A stretch of 12,915 nt of DNA from the NCBI GenBank assembly GCA_963830915.1, contig CAWHOE010000055.1:1-12915 (forward strand). The letters run 5' to 3'. The stretch comes from a candidate division FCPU426 bacterium (GTDB lineage: Bacteria; Oederibacteriota; Muellerivitia; Muellerivitales; Muellerivitaceae). The notes below the pieces were generated by a model, which made no database searches, was not told the DNA's origin, and saw nothing but the letters and a program-made list of their open reading frames with translations. Positions 7,068 to 12,915 of this stretch are shown in pieces. The position numbers and the translations under genes are program-made. Position 1 is the first letter of the stretch. Each line of letters begins with the position of its first letter.

Positions 7068-8228
7068 ATGCAAAAAGCTTTGATACTTACAATCGCCCTG
7101 GTGGTTTTGATTTTCCATTGGGCATGCAGCGACAACAATAATTCTCCCTCGAAACCTACGGCTACATTTGGTGTTGCGAGCCCATCACCTACCGTTTTGG
7201 TTCAGGGAACGCCCGGTACCCCAACCCCAATCCCGACCTTTGCCTTACCAGCGCCAGTTTTCCAATACAATTACTCTACCGCTATTTCCCCCAATGGCAT
7301 GGTCATCACCGGGAACAATTTAACCATAGCCGAATACGGAGTCACCATGGGCGGGGCGCTTGGGTTGGTGGAGGGTTTTAAGATAGTACCCGCCAACGGA
7401 ACCATTACGAATGCCCTTAATCCTGATGAAACCGGATATGTGTTACAGGGTTTTCCAACGCCCGAATCCACGCCCCCATGGCAGCCTGTGACGACCGCAC
7501 TTAATGGTCCGCAGGGATTTGTAAATCCTGGGGGTGGTGGCGGATACGCCTACATTCTGGATGACCAACCGAGTGGAGGGGCTATTTTATACTGGGGAAA
7601 TTCCGGAATGCCTGGTTGGGGAAATCCCTATTTTTTAGGTTTCCTTTATGAACCCTATCAGACGGCGGGCTATGACAGTAAAGGATTTAATCGGCCTAAA
7701 GGTATGACGGCCGACAGTTTGGGAACGATTTATATCGCGGATACCGGCAATGGATGCGTGGAAGAATTTGGAAACGCGTGGGGCTGCGGTCTTTGTCCAT
7801 TACATCGATGGTATGGTTGGGCTGGCGTTCCTTTCGGAACTTTTACCTCGGTTGTTTTCAAATCCCCTTACGGTATTGCTTGCGATGCTTCCAACAATGT
7901 CTGGGTAACCGATGTTGGTTATTCCCCATCCATGATCCAAGAATTCGCGTCGCAGGGGACCACCATTATCAATGCCTTTTCTACGATCCCAGGTTGTGTG
8001 GCCCAGGGTATAGCGGTAAATTCGACTACAGGAAACATCTATATAGCTGACTCAGGGAATCATTTAGTGGAAGTTTACTCACCCAGTGGAACCATTTTAA
8101 CGGAATGGGGCGATCCTGGACCGGCTGCCCATGAGTCTGTCCCATTCTCGCCTTCTTGCATCGCTTTTACCGGAACCTATGCTTTTGTGGGTGATAACGC
8201 GAATAATTTCATCGACGTCTTCCAATAA
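7068..8228 (+). CDS. Lipoprotein with Pro/Thr linker and divergent NHL-repeat beta-propeller (NHL3)
   Basis: MQKALILTIALVVLIFHWA-C lipobox; PTATF...PTPIPT linker; NHL repeats FNRPKGMTADSLGTIYIADTGN, FKSPYGIACDASNNVWVTD, AQGIAVNSTTGNIYIADSGNHLVEVY. Start 7068 chosen on the RBS. Confidence 0.88.
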   Translation: MQKALILTIALVVLIFHWACSDNNNSPSKPTATFGVASPSPTVLVQGTPGTPTPIPTFALPAPVFQYNYSTAISPNGMVITGNNLTIAEYGVTMGGALGLVEGFKIVPANGTITNALNPDETGYVLQGFPTPESTPPWQPVTTALNGPQGFVNPGGGGGYAYILDDQPSGGAILYWGNSGMPGWGNPYFLGFLYEPYQTAGYDSKGFNRPKGMTADSLGTIYIADTGNGCVEEFGNAWGCGLCPLHRWYGWAGVPFGTFTSVVFKSPYGIACDASNNVWVTDVGYSPSMIQEFASQGTTIINAFSTIPGCVAQGIAVNSTTGNIYIADSGNHLVEVYSPSGTILTEWGDPGPAAHESVPFSPSCIAFTGTYAFVGDNANNFIDVFQ

Positions 8229-8287
8229 CACGGGATCCGTAGTCCCGGTTGGATGGGTTTAGAGAAAAATTCAAAGAGCGCTGTTTG

Positions 8288-8320
8288 AAAGCCCGGGTTA
8301 TTCACTCGGGCTTTTTGTTT
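8288..8320 (+). terminator. Intrinsic terminator after NHL3
   Basis: AAAGCCCGGGT-tattc-ACTCGGGCTTT followed by TTGTTT; GC-rich stem with one G-U pair. Confidence 0.75.
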
Positions 8321-8410
8321 TCTGACCATGTGTTGAGGTCCTATGACTACCTTAGCCCGCTTAAACCGCTAGAAACGTTAAAATCAGCCAAGGTTTTTAG
8401 AAGTCGATTT

Positions 8411-8438
8411 TTGAAACACCGGCACATTATGTTAGGAT
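8411..8438 (+). promoter_or_regulatory. Putative sigma70 promoter for exbB-exbD-tonB
   Basis: TTGAAA-16 nt-TAGGAT with extended -10 TGn (TG at 8430-8431), downstream of the terminator. Confidence 0.45.
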
Positions 8439-8484
8439 GATTCTCTGGTTAAAACTTTGGACTTAATTTCGCAAGGGGTTTCCC

Positions 8485-9105
8485 ATGATCCATGCCATCA
8501 AGGCCTTCGCTCTACTGGGCGGCGAATGGGTCCTCTATATCCTCATCGCCCTATCCATTTGGTGTCTGGCCGTTATCTGGGACCGGTACTTTCTTTTTCG
8601 GGCCAGGGCCAAGGAACAAGAGCTTCTGGGAAACAAGGTTCCAGAGTTATTGGCCAAGGGCAAGATCCAGGAAGCTCAGGAGCTGGTGGAGAACGCCAAA
8701 TCCCCCGAGGGTGTCATCCTGAAGGCGTTACTGGCGAACCTTCCCCTGGGGAAGGAAGCCCTGGAGCAGATATTGGAAAGCAGCAAGATCCAGGAACGAA
8801 TGATATTGGAAGAGAATCTTCTTATCCTGGGTACGCTCGGTAACAACGCGCCATTTATCGGTTTGTTCGGCACGGTGCTGGGCATCATCAAGGCATTCAA
8901 TGACCTGGCCCTGGCCGGCACCTCCGGCCCCGCCGTAGTCATGAGGGGCGTTTCCGAAGCTTTGGTGGCCACGGCCATGGGTCTTTTGATCGCCATCCCG
9001 GCTGTCGTCTCTTACAATTATTTCCAGGGGCAGATCAAACGTTCCCTATTGAACGCCGACCGACTCTGCCGCCTCATCCTGGCTTATGTTCCCCTCTGGA
9101 GATAG
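8485..9105 (+). CDS. exbB: ExbB/TolQ/MotA family proton channel
   Basis: LGTLGNNAPFIGLFGTVLGII and GVSEALVATAMGLLIAIPA helices; first gene of an exbB-exbD-tonB trio; no tolB/pal nearby. Confidence 0.92.
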   Translation: MIHAIKAFALLGGEWVLYILIALSIWCLAVIWDRYFLFRARAKEQELLGNKVPELLAKGKIQEAQELVENAKSPEGVILKALLANLPLGKEALEQILESSKIQERMILEENLLILGTLGNNAPFIGLFGTVLGIIKAFNDLALAGTSGPAVVMRGVSEALVATAMGLLIAIPAVVSYNYFQGQIKRSLLNADRLCRLILAYVPLWR

Positions 9106-9108
9106 CCC

Positions 9109-9513
9109 ATGCCCCTGATCCACCAGGACCTGGAAGAACCGATCACGCAGATCAATATAGTGCCCATGGTGGATATTACCCTTGTTCTCTTGATTATCTT
9201 CATGCTGACCGCCAGTTTCATCTCCACGCCCTCGGTGCCGGTCAATGTGCCCAAATCATATACGGCTAATCAAACAGCTCCGGCCAGCCAATCGCTGGTC
9301 CTGACCCTCCAGGGGGACCTTCTTTATCAAAACAAGAAGATAACCAAGGATGAGCTCCAACAGACGCTCCGAGAACAATCGGCGTTGAATCCGGAGATTC
9401 GCATCGTGTTATCCGCCGACAAGGACACAACCCATGGCAAGGTGGTCGAGATACTCGACCTGATCCGTCAAGCTGGGGTGGTCAAGATCGCCCTGGGAGT
9501 GTCCAACCCATGA
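9109..9513 (+). CDS. exbD: ExbD/TolR family biopolymer transport protein
   Basis: INIVPMVDITLVLLIIFM with the essential Asp; C-terminal LSADKD..HGKVVEILDLIRQAG. Confidence 0.94.
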   Translation: MPLIHQDLEEPITQINIVPMVDITLVLLIIFMLTASFISTPSVPVNVPKSYTANQTAPASQSLVLTLQGDLLYQNKKITKDELQQTLREQSALNPEIRIVLSADKDTTHGKVVEILDLIRQAGVVKIALGVSNP

Positions 9514-10061
9514 GGCCATGGACTTTCCTTTCCGTTCCCATGAAGCCCTGGTCCCTCTCGGCGGGGATCCACCTGTCTTTCTTTGTCGGCCTGTTATTGC
9601 TTGGCCGGGCCAGGACCTTTGATCTGCCCCTCATCAACCTGGATACCGCCTTACCCCAGACCCAGGGACTCCAACAGGAGGACGAGGAATGGCAAAAACC
9701 CATGACCCATCGGAAGGTTCCGTTGTCCCCGGCCCCTAAACCGACGGTCGTTCCTAATGTCTCCACCGGTTTTCGCTCCATCGCCCAGGTCAGCCAGCTT
9801 CCGCACTTCAAGACCGAGATCAAGGCCCAATATCCCGAGGCCGCTAAAAGGGCCAATATCGAGGGAGTGGTCATTTTACAAGTGGACATCGACGCCACTG
9901 GTGCTGTTAAAATGGTTCAATTAATCCAGGGCCTGGGTTATGGGTGCGATGAGGCGGCCTTAGCGGCCGTTCAGCAGTCCAGTTTTTCCCCGGCTTACGC
10001 TGGCGACGAGCCCGTACCGGTCAGGATCAGGATCCCTTACCGGTTCAAGTTCGATTATTAG
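9510..10061 (+). CDS. tonB: TonB energy transducer (short form)
   Basis: TM anchor SAGIH (SxxxH); C-terminal YPEAAKRANIEGVVILQVDIDATG...GCDEAALAAVQQSSFSPA..VPVRIRIPYRF; ATGA overlap with exbD (alternative start 9540). Confidence 0.92.
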   Translation: MRPWTFLSVPMKPWSLSAGIHLSFFVGLLLLGRARTFDLPLINLDTALPQTQGLQQEDEEWQKPMTHRKVPLSPAPKPTVVPNVSTGFRSIAQVSQLPHFKTEIKAQYPEAAKRANIEGVVILQVDIDATGAVKMVQLIQGLGYGCDEAALAAVQQSSFSPAYAGDEPVPVRIRIPYRFKFDY

Positions 10062-10180
10062 GAAACATCCAATGATTCACCACAGAGGCACGGAGAAAAG
10101 TTTGTTTGGATATCGACAAAGGCAAAACGGCGATTTTTAGAACTGCCCATCAGTCTATTCCCCAAAGGAGAGGACGCTTC

Positions 10181-10906
10181 ATGAAAATGACACTGAAAGG
10201 TTTCGTGGGTCTTTTGATACTCCTGGGGGGAACCCTGGCTCCGGCCATGGCGGGACAACAGCTCTTCCTTTCTACCTCGCCCAACAGCAAATACCGGGTC
10301 ATCGTGGAACAGGTCATTGACCGCCGAGTGGGGGACCATATCTTCTTCCGTTACCCCATCAGCGTTGTCACCCCCAAGACCCACCGCTCCTTCGAGATGA
10401 AGGAAGGGTCCACACCCCTCATCCAGGAGACCGACCGGGGAACCTTCCAGATCCATTGGGATTCCATCCATTTCGACTGGGCCAAGGACAGCCAGAAGTT
10501 CTTCTGCAATATCGAAGTCATCGAGGGCATCTGGAAGACCTATTTCGTGGATATCTCCGCCCGCAAGGCGATTGACTTGACCCCGGACCTGGAAAAGACG
10601 CTGGTCAAAAGGGTCGATTCCCATGATTGGGATTGCCAACAGCCCAAGGTGGAACTGGTTAAGTGGACCAAGCCCTACCTGGCGTTCCTGAAGGTCACCA
10701 GCATCTGCGGGGAAGACAGGACCAAAGAGAACAAAAAACTCTTTTATGACATCCATTCCATCCTGTATGACACCAAACAGGAAAAGATCGTTTATGAATG
10801 CTCGAATTGTAAGGACGATAGCTCCTTGAAGAAATTCGACCGTTATTTCCAGTCGACCATGGTGACACCGACGCCCACGCCTGAGGAAACACCCACGGCC
10901 CAGTGA
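10181..10906 (+). CDS. Secreted hypothetical protein
   Basis: AAGGAGAGG RBS; signal peptide MKMTLKGFVGLLILLGGTLAPAMA; beta-rich body, five Cys including CSNC, C-terminal TPTPTPEETPT tail. Confidence 0.85.
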   Translation: MKMTLKGFVGLLILLGGTLAPAMAGQQLFLSTSPNSKYRVIVEQVIDRRVGDHIFFRYPISVVTPKTHRSFEMKEGSTPLIQETDRGTFQIHWDSIHFDWAKDSQKFFCNIEVIEGIWKTYFVDISARKAIDLTPDLEKTLVKRVDSHDWDCQQPKVELVKWTKPYLAFLKVTSICGEDRTKENKKLFYDIHSILYDTKQEKIVYECSNCKDDSSLKKFDRYFQSTMVTPTPTPEETPTAQ

Positions 10907-10937
10907 CCGGTCCGCGACAATTCATCTGCTCTTTCGT

Positions 10938-10976
10938 GAAGGCCGGGCTTTTATAGAAGTTCGGCTTTCTTTTTTG
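10938..10976 (+). terminator. Intrinsic terminator-like hairpin
   Basis: GAAGGCCGGGCTT-ttatag-AAGTTCGGCTTTC followed by TTTTTT; 13-bp stem with three G-U pairs, so strand-specific for +. Confidence 0.65.
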
Positions 10977-10999
10977 ATCGAATGGTAGGCGGTTCCCGA

Positions 11000-12140
11000 A
11001 TGAGAATATTTTTCTTAAGCCTCATTTTCCTTCAAGTGGTTCTGGCTTTTGGATCGGCCCAGGCTTTTACCCTTTCGGGCCGGGTGCTCGAAAAGGGAAC
11101 AAAGACCCCTTTGTCCGGCGCCAGCCTATTCCTGGAGGCGGTCGGCAATACTACCCAGGCCATTTCGGACCAGGATGCCCAGACAGAACCAGCCCAAGCC
11201 GTCACCTTTTCCGCCGAAGCCGACTCTCGGGGACGGTACCAGATCCCGGTTCCGGCGGGTCTTTACCGGTTGACCGTGGCGTCCGAAGGTTTCGAAAAAA
11301 AGACGATCCCATCCCTGAACATCCAGGGCGACCAGGTCCTGGACCTGTACCTGGAAAAGGAAGGCTTCACCCTGCCGGAGGTGCTGGTCTCCACCGTCAA
11401 GGATAAGACCGAGGTCAGCCATGAGGTGATCTCCAAGGAAGAACTGACATCCGTCCCAGGCACCGCGGGGGACGTGATCCGAGCGCTCCAGACCCTGCCG
11501 GGCGTGGCGGTAGCGGGGGACTTCTCGGGGCAAATGATCGTGCGCGGCGGGGGGCCGGACGACAATCTGTACCTGTTGGACCGCATCCCTATCGCTTTTC
11601 CTTTCCACTTCGGGGGGATCATCTCCACTATCGACTCGGACCTTATCAAAACCGTCGATTTTTCCGCCGGTGGTTTCGGACCGCAGTACGGCAACAGTTG
11701 GGGCGGATTGATCGACGTGACCCAGAGGGATCCCCGTTCGGACCGGTGGGGCGGGCGGGTGGAAGTGAATATGCTCCTTTCGGAAGCCTCGGTGGAGGGT
11801 CCCATCAGTTCGGACAGTTCCCTGGCCGTGTCGGGCCGGCGCAGTTATCTTGAGATCCTCGGCAACGCGCTGGGGGATTTCACCCTGGTCCCTACCTTCA
11901 GCGACTACCAGGTGAAATACAGCTGGAACCAGTCCAAGAACATCCATTGGGACTTTGAGGCATTCGGGAGCGATGACCAACTGGCCTATACGGTCCTGCC
12001 CACGTCCGACCTGGCCCAACACGACCCTGGCTTCGCCGGGACCTTCGAGTTCCATAACGGTTACGACAGCCAGGGCATCAATTACCGGAATATCCTGGGG
12101 GACCAGGACACCCTCCTGGAGACTTTCTACCATTACCGGT
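11000..12140 (+). CDS. TonB-dependent receptor, N-terminal part (carboxypeptidase-regulatory-like domain, plug, first barrel strands); truncated
   Basis: Signal peptide; LSGRVLEKGTKTPLSGA/GRYQI.VPAGLYRLTV domain; plug motifs GDVIRALQTLPGV, IVRGGGPDDNLYLLD, IKTVDFSAGGFGPQYG; strands ...SGRRSYLE. Homology ends near 12140; the ORF formally continues to TGA 12262 through unrelated sequence. Confidence 0.9.
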
Positions 12141-12915
12141 TCTTCGGCAACCAGATGCAGGGGTATAAAAGATGCCAGCTATTATTAACTTCGGGCGGAC
12201 TCCGGAAGCGTTCGAGCGACGGCCAGGTCGTGAGCCTGCTCGTCACCCTGAACAATCCTTGAACCCGCTATCCGGGGACCACGGCGAATTTTTCCCTCAC
12301 CCATCTTTTTGCGAAAAAAATGCACATCTCGATCGGGAACGATCTCTCGCCAAAAAATGATCCGAATACGGAGATTCCCTACGTCGCAAAAACAGATACT
12401 GCCTTCGAGGTGGGGACCCTGAACCCGACTTGCAGCCAAACCTGCACCCTCACCATTGATGCCTCGCTCACCGAAACGCTCCGGAACATGCTCGCGATCA
12501 ACCTACAGAGTCCTGCCTTCGACGGCATCGACAACGGCGCCATCGTGGTCGTCAAACTTTCTCCGAACGGCGACGCGAACCAACTGCTCGCGATGGTCGG
12601 AACCCCCGACCCGAACGAAGCATCCCGGGGACGTCAGATCAACATGGCGATCGAGCCGCGGCCGATAGGATCGACCGCGAAGCCGTTCATCTACGCCAAA
12701 GCGTTCGAAAAAGGTGCTTGCGGCCCTACACGCTCGTCGACGATCGCGAATATAAATTCGGGATCGGAACCGGCTTCTCGCTGTACCCGAAGAATTTCGA
12801 CGGAACCTACCGCGGGATAGTCACACTGCATCAAGCGCTTTCGAACAGCCTGAACGTACCAACAGTACAAACGCTCGAGTTCGTGGGGATCGATAACTTC
12901 GACACCTTCCTTGCG
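12141..12915 (+). pseudogene. Internal fragment of a class A (PBP1C-like) transglycosylase/transpeptidase, frameshifted (probably sequence errors)
   Basis: After removing insertions at ~12161, ~12187, ~12213 and ~12716-12717 it reads FGNQMQGIKDASYYYFGRTPEALSDGQVVSLLVTLNNP*... (transglycosylase motifs) then RPIGSTAKPFIYAKAFEKGLRPYTLVDD...YPKNFDGTYRGIVTLHQALSNSLNVP (SxxK at 12671-12682, SxN at 12847-12855). Confidence 0.85.

Noticed and set aside
7785..7805. c-type haem motif in NHL3 (CGLCPLH)
   Set aside because: Not CxxCH; His is three residues after the second Cys.
8229..8484. Cobalamin/TPP riboswitch or Fur box before exbBD-tonB
   Set aside because: No B12 box, TPP core or GATAATGATAATCATTATC-like site seen, so the substrate cannot be inferred.
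8485..10061. tolQ-tolR-tolA assignment
   Set aside because: The third gene has a TonB C-terminal domain with no long helical TolA region, a TBDR follows, and tolB/pal are absent.
10058..12133. Long minus-strand ORFs 10058-10756, 11126-12133 and 11263-11805
   Set aside because: Shadows of GC3-rich + strand genes; no recognisable domains.
10982..12262. Complete 426-aa receptor or natural TBDR-PBP fusion protein
   Set aside because: The last ~40 aa are partly out-of-frame PBP sequence and the barrel is far too short; better explained as a junction artefact.
12320..12820. Stand-alone 166-aa gene
   Set aside because: It is a piece of the PBP frame between the TGA at 12260 and the frameshift at ~12716; the tail is out of frame.

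Overview
Bacterial (diderm) genomic window. It begins with the 5' part of serS on the minus strand (1-552, absent from the ORF track), divergent from a secreted, atypical beta-carbonic anhydrase and an uncharacterised membrane protein. The centre (2738-8228) is an unusual cell-surface cluster: two paralogous ~8-stranded outer-membrane beta-barrel genes, each followed by lipoproteins built as lipobox + Thr/Pro-rich stalk + NHL beta-propeller (barrel A, NHL1, NHL2, barrel B, NHL3). Immediately downstream lie exbB-exbD-tonB, a secreted hypothetical protein and a TonB-dependent receptor. At ~12140 the receptor breaks off and the sequence switches to an internal fragment of a class A (PBP1C-like) penicillin-binding protein with four insertion frameshifts and one in-frame stop, most likely a chimeric or error-rich assembly end. 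No rRNA, tRNA, CRISPR array or transposase was seen. All calls come from reading motifs by eye; no database searches were run.
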